Shown here in pieces: positions 11,770 through 22,900 of a stretch of DNA of 64,000 nt (its first letter is position 1; each line of letters opens with the position of its first letter). The DNA is from Scenedesmus sp. PABB004. Lineage: Eukaryota. Where the stretch lies: positions 3,596,001 through 3,660,000 of the forward strand of contig CM026547.1 of NCBI GenBank assembly GCA_014905635.1. The letters are read 5' to 3'. The notes beneath the pieces were generated by a model. It was not told the origin of the DNA, searched no databases, and was given only the letters and a program-made list of their open reading frames with translations. The position numbers and the translations under genes are program-made.

Positions 11770-14700
11770 ATGCAGGCGGGCGGCATGCCGAGCGGCCTGC
11801 TGGGCGTGCCGCGAGACGTCCTGGAGGTGGGGCGGGCGCGGAGCAGCAGCATGCCGAGACTCCGCCCGCTGCGGGCGCAGGCCGGCCGCTCACGCCCGCT
11901 GCCGCCGCTCCGCGCATGCAGAATCACGTGCTTGATCGCATCAAGCACTTTGCGGTCGTGTTCGCGCAGGAGCTGGCCCCCGGCATCACGCAGCAGCAGC
12001 TCGACCTCGCGTTCTCCCGCACGCTCTACTCGCTGAGCGCGCAGGAGGCGCAGGGCCAGGCACAGCTGCTGCTGCGCTTCAGCCACAACTGCAGGTGCGC
12101 GGCGCGGCAGCGGCAGCGCGGCGCGAGCGCCGCGCGCCGCCGGCAGCGGCGCCGGCAGCGGCGGCAGCGGCGCCGACGCGCCGCGCGCGCGCCGCAGGTT
12201 CCTGGGCTGCACCGCACAGGACTGCGAACTGTGCAAGAACAACCCGCACAAGACGTGCCCCGACGGCGAGAACTTTGACGAGGCGTACGCGGACAACCAG
12301 GCGCGCGCCCGGGCGGGGCGGCGGCGGGGGCGGCGGCCGCCGCCGCGGCGCGCGCGGGCCCCGGCGCCGCCGCGGCCGCCGCGCGAGCGCGGCCCCCGCC
12401 CGGCGCCGGCGCAGGTGCTCAAGGCCAAGTGCGAGGCCGAGATCTTTGTTGAACTCTTCAGCGAGGGCAGCGGCGACCTCTTCTCCTCGCCCGGCATCGA
12501 GGTGCAGGTGTCGGTGATCGACGGCGACGCGTTTGACGAGGCCGCGCCCGAGCCGCTGACCACCATCACCGAGCTCCACACCAACGACGACGGCCTGCCG
12601 CTGCTGCAGTGCTTCGGCAACAACCGCGGCGTGCACGTCGGCACGGTGGTCGTCTCGCTGCAGGTCGGCGCGCCCGCCGCACCGCCCGCCGCGCCGCCCG
12701 CCGCCGCACCGCCCGCCGCCCGCCGCGCGTGCGCGCCGCCGCCGGCGCCCACCCCTCGCCGCGCCGGCGCAGAACGGGCGCGCGCGGCTGCCTGACGTGT
12801 ACATCACCGACAAGAACGACACCTTCCACTACGCCGACGGCGCGACGACGGGGCGCTTCCGCCTCCTCGCGCTCGCGATGCGCCGCGACGAGTGCGGCAA
12901 CCCCGTGCCCGTCGAGGGCGTTGGCCCGGCCGTCTCCAACGCGTTTGTGGTGCGCCCGCCCGCCGCGCCCGCGCCTGCGCGCCCGACCGCGCGTGCCCGA
13001 CCGGCGCGCCGCGCCGCGCCGCGCGCGCCTGACCTGACCCGCGCGCCGCCGCGCGCTGCCGCGCGCCGCCGCCCGCAGGTCAAGACGCAGCGCGCGCTGA
13101 ACGACTACCGCAAGAGCGCGTACCCGCACTTCCGCGACGAGCTCACGCGGCTGCGCTACATCGGGGCCATCACCGCGGCGCGGCTCAAGGACGCGCGCGC
13201 GTGGCTCGGCGCCGACGTGCCGCTGCCGTGCATCGACAGCGTCGCCGCGCTGAAGCAGCTGCTCGAGTACGCCGAGACCAACCGGTGCGCCACCGGCCCC
13301 GCCGTGCCGTGCTGTGCCGCCGCGCCGCTGCGCGGCCGCCGCGCTGCGCCGCCGCGCGCCGCGTGACGCCGGGCGCGCGCCCGCCGCCCTGCGCCGCCGC
13401 GCCGCGCGCGCAGGGCGGTGGAGCAGAAGCTGCTGGAGCTGCTCAACATGCGCGGCCGGCACCGCCACAAGTGGGAGTTCCTGCGCATGGTCGTCACCGA
13501 GCGCGTGGTCTACGACGACGCCGCGCCGCGCGTCTGGTTTGCGCCCAACGGCACCGGCGGCGGCCTGCTGTATGTGGTCAAGCAGGCGCAGGCGCGGACG
13601 CGCGGCGCGCGCGCGCGCGCGCCGGCGCGTGCCGCCCGCGCAAGCCGGCTTGTGCGGACGCTTGTCCGCGCCGCGTCGCGCCCACGCGCCCACGCGCATC
13701 CGCCGCATCCGCCGCCGCCGCCGCCGCCGGCGCAGATCCAGGCCATGGATCGGCCCGCGGCCGTGGTGCAGCGCGTGGCGCGGCCCGACGGCAGCTGCGC
13801 ACTCGCGGCGATGCAGCTGGGCGAGGTGGCGCAGCACCCGCAGCTGCTGGAGTGGCGGCAGCTCGCCGAGGCGGCGTGGCGCGAGCGCGGCCACCCCGGG
13901 TGGCATGTGGTGCAGGAGCAGATCGTGAGTGCCGCGCCGCCGCGCGGCTGCCGCCGGCCGTCGAGGCGGGGCGCTCGCCCCCGCGCGCCCGCGCGCGCCC
14001 GCCGTCCCACGCCCTCGCCGCTGGGCGCGCCGCCGCCGCCGCTGCCGCAGGAATACGTCAACAGCTGGCCGCCGAGCGCGCCGCCGGCGCCGGCGCCCCG
14101 GTGCACCGTGTCGCAGGCGCTGGGCTCCGCGGCGCTGATGGGCGCGCCAGGCAGCACGGCGCAGCAGCAGCTGGAGCAGAAGCCGACGGCGCAGCAGCAG
14201 CTGCAGCAGCAGATGCAGCAGCAGGGCCAAGGGCAGATGGCGCAGCAGCAGGCGCAGCAGCAGGCGCAGCTGCAGCAGCAGCTGCAGCAGCAGCAGCAGC
14301 AGCTTGCGGAGCAGCAGAAGCTGCTGCAGCAGCAGGCGCAGCTGAAGGCGCAGCTGCTGCAGCAGCTGCAGCAGCAAGCGCGCGCGCAGCAGTCTGCTCC
14401 GCCGCAGCAGTTGGCCGCCCTGCGCGCGAACAGCGACCCGCCCGGCGGCGCGCGCCTGTCCGCGTCCGTGCCGGCCGCGGCGCCGCGCAGCCGGAGCGAC
14501 GCGTTTGCGCTGCCGGACGGCACCGCCGCCGCCGCCGCGCACCTGCCGCCGCGCGCCGCGTCGTCGGCGCTGCCCAGCATCGCGGAGCGCGGCCCGAGCG
14601 ACGCCGCGGCGGCGCTCGCGGGCATGCGCGTCACGTCGGCGACGTACGCCGGCGGCGACAACGGCCTGACCTACGGCCCCGCGGACGAGCCGGAGCCCGG

Positions 14701-15602
14701 CGCGGGCGTGCCCGCCGCCGAGGAGGCCGCGGGGTCGGCGTTCATGATCCAGCACGCGTTTGACGCGGTCGAGGTTGCGCTCGCGCGCGAGGTGCTCGCG
14801 CGCGAGCTCACGCGCCGCCCCAGCGCGCCGCACGAGGGCGGCGGCGCGCCTGCCGCGGCGCCGGCGGCGGGCGCCGGCGGCGGCGGCGCGGGCAAGCGCG
14901 GCCGCGCGGCGGGCGAGGTCCACGCCGTCGCCGACCCCGCCAGCAACACAGTGCTCTTCACCACCCCGAGTGAGCGCGCGGCGTGCGCGCGCCCCGGGCG
15001 CGCGCCCCGCCCATGCGCGCCCCCGGCGGCCCGCGTGCGCCCGCCGACGCCCGCCGGCGCCCCCGCCCCGCCGCGCAGGCCGCGAGCGGCACCGCCCCGT
15101 CGCGCGCGGCGCGGCCGAGAGCGCGGGCGCGGCCAAGGCCATCGCCGGGCTGGCGAGCCTCACGCCGGAGGACATCGAGGCGCTGACGTGGACGCACAGC
15201 GACCGCCCCGACGCGCTGCAGCCGCGCAGCGCGGCCGAGGTCGCGCCGCCGCTGGAGGACGACGTCAGCGGCGGCGGCGGCGGTGGCATCGGTGAGCCCG
15301 CAGCGGGCGCGGGCCGCACCGCGCGCCGCGCGCCGCACGCCAGAGCGCGCGCCGCCCGGCTGCGCGGCCCCTCGCCCAGCGCGCGCCCGCCGCGCCGCGC
15401 AGCGCTGACCAACACCTTCAGCGCGGCGCTGAAGCTGGGCGACTCGCTGGACGTGCCGCTGCTGTCGTACATCACCAAGGGCCGCACGCTCACCAAGAGC
15501 AGCAGCGACTCGTTCAAGCGCATGCTCGGTGCCATCGGCAGCGCCGAGCTCGGCGTCGGCGTCGAGGCGATGCTGGAGGCCGCCGGGCGCGGCGCGCCGT
15601 GA
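11770..15602 (+). CDS. CBP60/SARD1-like (calmodulin-binding protein 60 family) DNA-binding protein with N-terminal Cys-rich module and poly-Q region; about 11 exons
   Basis: Spliced product contains VQVSVIDGD, PLL, VVVSLQNGRARLPDVYITD, RFRLLA, AVSNAFVVKTQR..YRKSAYPHFRDELTRLRYIG and IDSVAALKQLL..KLLELL..KWEFL. These are collinear with recalled plant CBP60 motifs (LDVVVLEGD, PLL, VTLKEGVGTLGELTFTD, KFRLG, TEAFTVKDHR..YKKHYPP.L.DEVWRLEKIG, I.TVEDFL..L..IL..KMW). Confidence 0.75.
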
Positions 15603-16117
15603 CGGCGGCGGGGGGCGGGACGGGTGGGCGGGCCTTGCATCTGTGAAGTCTCGACGCGCGACACCTCACTGCCCTGGTTGGCGCCTGGTTGGACGGCGAC
15701 GCGTGCGCGCGCGCATTCGTGGTGCGCGCCGCCCGCGCACGCACTGCTTCTGGGCATCGTGCCTCCGGCAGCGTGCTCCTGGCATCGTGACCGGCCGCGA
15801 GGCGCTCCCTGACCGCTGACCCATCTGGACACCCGACTTGAAACTGAGCAGCACGGCTGCGGCTGCGACAGAGTCCGCCATTGATGTGAGGCGCCTGCTC
15901 CCCGGGGCGGCGCGGCACTGAACGAGCTGACGCCAGCGTGGGCGATCGCGTGGGCCGACTTGCGGCACCGTCGAGGGCTATGTGTGTATCACTTGTAACG
16001 GGCGGAGTGGGCCAGCGCACTCACCCGAGCTGCGCGGCGGGGGTTGGGCTGCACGCCGCGCGCGGGGACGCCCCGGCGCTGCGGGGACCTCGGACGGTTC
16101 AGGCGCGCGCAGACGGC

Positions 16118-19100
16118 TCACGACAGCTCGCTCGCCGCCTCGCGGCGCGCAGCGAGCACGCGCTCCTCCTCGTCCTGCCCCTCCCCGTGCTGCTGCAGGT
16201 CGCGCTCAGCCGGCAGCGCCGCCGCCGCCGCCGCGGCCGCCGCCGCGGCCGCGGCGTCGAAGCTCTCGACCGCGCCGTCGTCCTCCAGCACCTCGAGCTG
16301 CCCCGCCGGCAGCTCGCCGGGCGCGGGGGGCTTCACCAGCCCCGCCGCGGCGCGCGGCAGCAGGCCCAGCCCGGCCTCGCCGCCAACAGCCCCAAACCCG
16401 CGCGCCGGCGGCTCGCCGGGCTCGTGGTAGCGCCCCGTGGCGCGGTCGTAGACGAGCACGCACTGGCCCTTGCAGCCGCTCGTCTTGTTGCGCACCTTCT
16501 CCACGATCACCTCCACCTCATACTCCACCTGCGCCGCGGCCGCCGCGGCGGCAGCGGCCGCGGCGCCGCCGTCCGCGGCGCCGTCGCCGCCGCCATCGGC
16601 GGCGGGCCCGGGCGGCGGCGGCGGCGCGTCGTCGCCGGCCGCGCCGCCGCCGCCGCCGCGCGACTTGCGGGCCTTGCCGGCGCCAGCGCCTGCACCGCCC
16701 GCGCCGCCGCCGGCGCCGGCGGCGGCGGCGCGCTGCTGCAGCTCCTTGAGCCGGCTCCAGTCGCGGTGCACGACGATGCCGTTGTCGGCCTTGTTCATGA
16801 AGTTGGCGCCGCCGCTGATGTCCTGCAGGCCGGGGCGCTGCCCCTGCCACGCGCCGCCCATCTGGCGCGGGTGCGCGACGAGCCACACGTGCACGCGCTG
16901 CTCGCGCGCGAAGCGGCGCAGCCGGCCCATGAGCTCGTTCACGTGCTCGTGCTCCTTCAGCGCCGCGGGGCGCGTCGGGTCGAGCTCGTTGTAGGGGTCG
17001 ACGATGAGCCCGTGGATGCCGTGCCTGCGCGGCCGGCGGCGGCGGCCAGCGCCCGGCGGTGGTCAGCGCCCGGCGGTGGTCAGCGGCCGAGGCGGCCGGC
17101 GCGCGGGCTGCGCGCGGGCGGCACGCGGGCGGTGGCCGCGCAGGAGGCGGGGGCAGGGGCGCGGCGCCGCAAGACGCACTGAATAACCGCGGCCTTGGCC
17201 TTGTCGAGCACCCACGCGACGCTGGGCATGCGGTCCTCGCCGCTCGCAATGACCACAAAGTGCTCGCACAGCACCGTGTACGCCGCCTGCAGCTCCTGCG
17301 CGCGCGCCGCGCGCAAGCGCCGCGCAGCACACGTCGGCCGCCGCGCCGCGCCGACTGGCTGCCTCATGGCGCTGCCCGGCGCTCCCCACCCCCCTCCCCT
17401 CCCTTCCCCCCGCCGCACCTCCTCGGTCATGCGCGGCACGTCCGCGGCGTAGCCCGCGGTCAGCAGCGGGCGGCCCGCGATCTTCTCGACCAGCTGGCGC
17501 GCGTGGTCGCGCGGGCGCTTCTCCATGCTGCACACCGCAAAGCGCCAGCCCTGGCTCAGCGCGAGGTTGACCGCGAGCGCGTCGAGCCACTCGCTCTTGC
17601 CGCTGTTGGGCACGCCCGTCACGAGCGTGAGCTCGCCGGGCGCGACCTGCGGCGCGCGGCGCGCGGCGCGCGGCGGGCAGCGCTCGCGCGGCGCGCCGCG
17701 CGGCGGCCGCCTCTGGCGCCCCGCTGGGCGGCCGTTGCGCCGCGCCGCGCCGCGCTGCCGCGACCCGCCCGCGTGCGTGGTCGGCGCACCTTGTAGTACC
17801 GGTCGAGCGCGGGCCAGCCGGTCGACACGGCGAGGCTGTCGGTGCTGGGCGTCTCCCAGTAGGCGAGCAGCTCGCCGGCAAAGTCGGCAAAGCGCTCCAG
17901 CCCCGCGATGGGCCACACGTACGCCGAGCTCACCGCGCCCAGCGCCGCGCCCGGCCCCAGCAGCGACGCGACGAGGCCGAGGCTCCAGCCCGCGGCCGGG
18001 CGCGCGGCGAGCGCGTCGACGAGCGCCTGGCTCGGCGGCGCGCCGCCCGCCGCCGCCAGCTCCGCGCCCGGGTGGCTGCTGGGCCAGGCGGCGTGGCGGC
18101 ACGCGACCTCGCCCAGCAGCGCGGCGAGCTCGTCGCCCACCGCGTCGCCGACGGGGCCCTGGTCCAGCGCCAGCACCGCCGCCTCGGCCGCCGGCAGCAG
18201 CAGGCTCAGCCCCGTCACGGGCGCGGCCGCCACGTCGGCGGCGATCAGCAGCCCCTCGGCCGGCGGCTCGCCGCCGGTCGCAGCCACGGCGGCCGCCGCC
18301 GCGCCGCGCCGCGTGGCGCCGATCTCGTGCTGCCGCCGGCGGCTGGCGAGCTCTGCGGTCAGGCCCGCCAGGCGCAGCCGCGGGTCCTCGCTGTGCGCGC
18401 CGCCTGGGCCCGCGGCGAACGGCCGCGCCGGCGCCTGGCCCCCCTGCTCCCGCTGCCACAGCAGCTGCTGCAGCTGCTCTGCCGGCGCCGGCTGCGCCTC
18501 GCCCGGCTGCTGCTGCCCATCCGACGACGGCGATGGCGACGCGCCCTGCTGCTCCTGCGCCGGGGCGACCCAGGGCGCCCAGTATGGCGCCTGCAGCGGC
18601 ACCGCGATCGCAGGCACGCCCTCGGCCGCCAGCATGAGCGCGTCGAGCTCGCAGCTGACAAATACCACGAGGCTTGCGTCCTGCGGGCACGCGCGCGGGG
18701 CGTCGGCGCCGGCGCTGGCGCCTCAGCCGCCGCCGCGCAGGCCTGAGGTGCAGCGCCGCACCTGCAGCTGCGCCTCGCTCATGTATGGCTGCCGCGCCGC
18801 GAGCGCGAGCCAGCTGCCCGCGAGGCGGCCGTCCTGGAGGTGCAGGTAGCGCACGTCGGCGAGCTTGCCGCCGCGCCAGTACGGCAGCGCCAGCACCTCG
18901 ACCTGCGCCGTGGCAGCGGCAGCAGCGGCGTCCGCGCGTGGGCGGCAGCCCCCGCGCGCGGCGCGCCGTGCCGCGCCTCTGCAGCGGCGCCGCGCGGCCC
19001 GGCCGCCCGGCGCCGGCGCACATGCTTGCCCAGCAGGGGGTGCTGCACGGCCGCCATGCCCGCGCCCGCCGCCTGCAGCGCGCTCTCGGGGACGCCCACG

Positions 19101-19919
19101 CCCGCTGCCCACGCGACGGCGGCGGCCGACGGCGGGTCACTGGGCGCCACGAGCGCGGCGGCGGTGCGGTTGCTCCGAAAGGCGTTGCGCAGCGCCATGT
19201 CGGGCTCCCGGCCGTACGCGGCCGCGCCCTGCTCGGCGCCGGCCTGCTGCGCCGGCGCGCGCGCCGCCTGGGCCGCCGCCGGCTTGCGCTGCTTGGGCGC
19301 CGGGCCGCGCCGCGCCGCCGCGCCGCCGTCGGCCGCCGCCGCCTTTGTCGCGGCGCGCTTCTTCTTGGCCGCCGCCGGCGGCTCGTCGTCGTGGGCCGCC
19401 GGCGACTGCGAGCTGGAGCGCCGCGACGAGGCGCGTGGGCGCGGCTTGCTCGGCCGCGGCGGCGCGACCGCAGCGGCCGCGCCGTTGGCCGCGCCGTTGG
19501 TGCTGCCGCCGGCGCCGTTGCCGTCGGCGGCCGCGGCGGCGGCCGGCAGCGCCGCGTCCGTGCTCGCCTCGCGCGGCGCCTGCGCCGCCGACGGCGCCGC
19601 ATCCGCCGCCGCCGCGGCCGCGCAGACGCCCCGGCGGCAGAGCTGCTGCTGCCGCGCAGACGCCAGCACGACAGCGGCCGGGCGCGCCGCCGCCAGCCAC
19701 CTGCGCGCGGGCGCTGCGGTGAGCGCCGGGCGCCCCCGGCGCGCCTGGACGAGCGAGGCGCCCCCGCCGCCGCGCACCCCACCTGGCGGCGCTGGCCGGC
19801 AGCTGCTGCGCGCCGGCGCCACCGGCGCCGCCGCCGACCGCGCCCGCGCGCGGCGCCGCGCCCGCGAGCAGCCCCCGCATCGCGGCCGCTGCCAGGGCGG
19901 TCAGCTGCATCGCACGCAT
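16118..19919 (-). CDS. Twinkle-family SF4 DNA helicase with degenerate primase region (no zinc finger, TOPRIM acidic residues lost); about 7 exons, organellar
   Basis: Helicase motifs intact: VSTGWPALD, PGELTLVTGVPNSGKSEW, CSMEK, LIVDPYNELD, HVWLVAHPRQ, DISGGANFMNKADNG, KVRNK. Primase-equivalent segments read FVSCELD, LALDQG and lack KDAN. Confidence 0.9.
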
Positions 19920-20461
19920 GGCGGTGCGGGGCGGCAGGGGCGGCGGCCTGCCATGGGCGGCGCGGCGCTGCGCCGGCGTTCGCAGCGGCGGCGAGTGGGA
20001 CGGCGGCGCGGCGGCGTGCTCTGCGCGGTCGGTGGTGCCGGGCCAGCCGGGTCACGGGGGCAGCACCGAGATCTGCGCCGGGCTGCAGGTTTCGCAAGCG
20101 CCCGCCGCCCGGTCTGCCGGCTGTTCAGGGCCCCCGCGCTGCCGCTCGTCAGCCGCACCGCAACAGGCCTTTTCCGCGCCCGCGTGGGGCCGGGCGTCGC
20201 CGCGCCCGCGCCCGCAGCAGCAGCAGGCCCTGCGCTCCCAGCTGGCTGCCCGCCCGTCCCCTCTCGCTGGCCCACGCGACGGCCTCGGGCCCTGCACACC
20301 CGCCCCGGCGGCGGGCGGGCGATCCCGCAGCCCGGCGCGCCGCTCTCGGCGTTCGCGGCGGCGCGCCCGCCAAGTCGGCGCGCGCGCTCGCCGTGCGGCT
20401 AGGCCGCGCGGGCGCGCGCAAGGAGGCGCCCCAGCCGCGCCGCCACACTCCCGCCAGGGGA

Positions 20462-22900
20462 ATGCAGGCCGCGGCGCTGCGCAGCGGTTGGGCGGCGGCG
20501 GCGCTCCCGAGCGCGCTGCTGCGCCGCCCGCAGCCGCCGCGCCGCGCCGCCGGCGCGCGTGCCGCCGCCGACTCGGCGCTGAGCAACGGCGAGGCGCCGG
20601 AGCAGCCGGCCCCGCCGAGCCGGCGCAGGCTGCGGCGGAGCAGCAGGCGCGACGCGAGCAGCGCCGGCGACGAGCTCGCCCCGCCCCTGGCGCAGCAGGC
20701 GCAGCAGGCACAGCAGACGCAGCAGGCGCAGCAGCAGCAGCCGCCGGGCGACCCGCAGCCCGCGGCGGCACGTCTGCAGCCGCTGCTGCTGCAGCAGCAG
20801 GAGGCGCGGGCGCCGCGCGTGCAGCTGGGCAGCCTGCTGGCGCGCCAGCCGCCGCCGCCGCTGCCGTCAGGCGCTGCCCCTGACGCGCCGCAGCCCGCCG
20901 CCGCAGCCGGCGGCCCGGGGCCGGCCGCGGCCGGGGGCGAGCCGCAGCAGCGGCGGCGCGGCGCGGTGGGCACGGCGCACCGCGCGCGGTCGCGCGCGCT
21001 GCCCGAGGCGGCGCCGGGCGCGGGCGAGCTGGGCCTGCCGCTGACGCTGCGCTACAGCGAGCACCACCAGTGGCAGGAGTGGCGGCAGCAGCAGCGGCAG
21101 ATGCTCGGCCGGGCCAGAGTGCTGGCTGCGCAGCTCGCGGCGGGCGCCCGCACGCAGCCGCCGCCGCACGACGCGGCGGCCAGCAGCGTCGTGGCCGCGG
21201 GCGCGGTGCTGCTGGAGCGCCCGCAGCAGCAGCAGCAGGCGAGCACGCCGCCGGCGCAGGGCGCCGGCGACGCGCCGGCTGACGCCGGCGGCGGCGGCGA
21301 TCAGCGGCGGCGCCTGGCAGCGCGCGGCGACGCGGCGGCAGAGCAGGAGGACGGCGGCGCCGACGCCGTGTTGGCCGCCCTCGAATCCATCCATCCCTTC
21401 CAGATCGAACGCATCAGCGGCATCGGCGACCACGACAGCGGCAGCGGCAACAGCAGCAGCGGCGGCGGCTCGAGCAGCGCCTGCCGCGGCGGCCGCGCCG
21501 CCGCAGCCGGCGACGACGAGGCGGACGAGGGCGCGGTGCTGGCGGAGCTGCAGGACCTGCTGCAAGCGTGGGGCATTGCCCTGCCGCACGCGCACTTTGG
21601 TCAGCAGCGCACTCCCTGCCCGCGCTGCGAGGGCGGCCGCAGCCGTGAGGACTGCTTTGCAGTCAACCTGTCGGCGGACGGCTCGGCGGTGTGGTGCTGC
21701 CACCGCGCCACGTGCGGCTGGAGCGGCGGCGTCACGGCGCCAGCCGCGCGCCAGCGGAGCCGCAGCAGCAGCACCAGCAGCAGCACCAGCAGCAGCACCA
21801 GTGCCGGCGGCAGCGAGGACGGCGGCGGCAACGACGGCGGCGGCGCGGACGCCGTTGCAACGGCGCCCAAGGTGTGCGCGCCTCTCCTGCTGGTCGCTCC
21901 CGCTCCGCTGCGCCCGCCCGCGCCGCGCCCGCGCCCCCGCGCCGAGCGCTCTGCCCCCCCCCCCCCCCGGGCGCGCAGGCGCCGCTCGACACTTCGCGCC
22001 TGCAGCCGCTCGGCCCCGACCTGCTCGCCTGGTTTGCGGGCCGCGGCATCGGGCGCCGCACGCTCGCGCGCAACCGCGTCGCGGCGGAGGAGCGCTTCGT
22101 CCGCGCGCTCGGGCGGCGCGCGGCGCACGCCGCGTTTCCCTTTTACTGGCGCGGCCGCGTCGTCAACGTCAAGTACCGCACCCCGGACAAGCACTTCAGC
22201 CAGAGCCCCGGCGGGCTGCAGGTCTTCTACGGCCTCGACGACATCCAGGTGTGTGTGGGTGTGTGGGTGCGTGGGTGTGAGGGTGTTGAAGGGGGGGGGG
22301 GGCTTGGGGCGCGCGCCGCGCCGCCGCGCGCGAGAGGCCCGCCGCGCGCGCCGCGCCCACGCCCGCGCCCGCGCGCGGCTCGCCGCCCGGGTGCAGGCGG
22401 GCGCGGCGGAGGTGCTGATTGTGGAGGGCGAGCTCGACAAGCTCGCGGTCGAGGAGGCGACGGGCAAGACGGCGGTGCTGAGCGTGCCCGCCGGCGCGGC
22501 CGCGCCGCCCGCGGCGGCGCGCGGCGCGGCGCCGCCGGGCGCGCGCAAGTTTGCGTACGTGCACCGCGCGGCGTCCGCGCTGTCGGGCGTGGGGCGCGTC
22601 GTGCTGGCGCTCGACGGCGACGACGCGGGGCAGCACACGGTGCGCGAGCTCGCGCGCCGCCTCGGCTGGCAGCGCTGCGCGCGGCTCGCGTGGCCCGCGG
22701 CGGGGCGCGCCGGCGCCGCCGCGCTCGCGCGCGTGGCGGCAGCGGCGCGCGCGGCCGGCGTGGCGCTCGACGCCGGCGCGGGGCGGTCCTGCAAGGACGC
22801 CAACGACGTCCTGCTCCGCCTCGGCCCCGCCGGCCTGGCCCTCTACCTCGACCACGCGCCCGAGCCCTGCCCCCCGCCCGACAGCGACGACTGGTGGTGA
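20462..22900 (+). CDS. Twinkle-family primase-only protein (zinc finger + RNAP-basic + TOPRIM, no helicase); 3 exons, organellar
   Basis: CPRCEGG..WCCHRATCGWSG zinc finger; WFAGRGI; FPFYWRGRVVNVKYR; FYGLDDI; LIVEGELDKL; LALDGDDAG; CKDANDVL; stop after DSDDWW. Introns 21872-21978 and 22249-22396. Confidence 0.9.
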   Translation: MQAAALRSGWAAAALPSALLRRPQPPRRAAGARAAADSALSNGEAPEQPAPPSRRRLRRSSRRDASSAGDELAPPLAQQAQQAQQTQQAQQQQPPGDPQPAAARLQPLLLQQQEARAPRVQLGSLLARQPPPPLPSGAAPDAPQPAAAAGGPGPAAAGGEPQQRRRGAVGTAHRARSRALPEAAPGAGELGLPLTLRYSEHHQWQEWRQQQRQMLGRARVLAAQLAAGARTQPPPHDAAASSVVAAGAVLLERPQQQQQASTPPAQGAGDAPADAGGGGDQRRRLAARGDAAAEQEDGGADAVLAALESIHPFQIERISGIGDHDSGSGNSSSGGGSSSACRGGRAAAAGDDEADEGAVLAELQDLLQAWGIALPHAHFGQQRTPCPRCEGGRSREDCFAVNLSADGSAVWCCHRATCGWSGGVTAPAARQRSRSSSTSSSTSSSTSAGGSEDGGGNDGGGADAVATAPKVCAPLLLVAPAPLRPPAPRPRPRAERSAPPPPRARRRRSTLRACSRSAPTCSPGLRAAASGAARSRATASRRRSASSARSGGARRTPRFPFTGAAASSTSSTAPRTSTSARAPAGCRSSTASTTSRCVWVCGCVGVRVLKGGGGLGRAPRRRAREARRARRAHARARARLAARVQAGAAEVLIVEGELDKLAVEEATGKTAVLSVPAGAAAPPAAARGAAPPGARKFAYVHRAASALSGVGRVVLALDGDDAGQHTVRELARRLGWQRCARLAWPAAGRAGAAALARVAAAARAAGVALDAGAGRSCKDANDVLLRLGPAGLALYLDHAPEPCPPPDSDDWW

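Noticed and set aside
14160..14400. CAG-rich tracts (also near 10110-10260, 43848-43900 and 50270-50370)
   Set aside because: Ordinary poly-Q/poly-S coding tracts and microsatellites, common in chlorophytes.
16118..22900. Twinkle pair as a prophage or giant-virus insertion
   Set aside because: Both genes have host-type introns, codon usage and presequences, and no other viral genes flank them.
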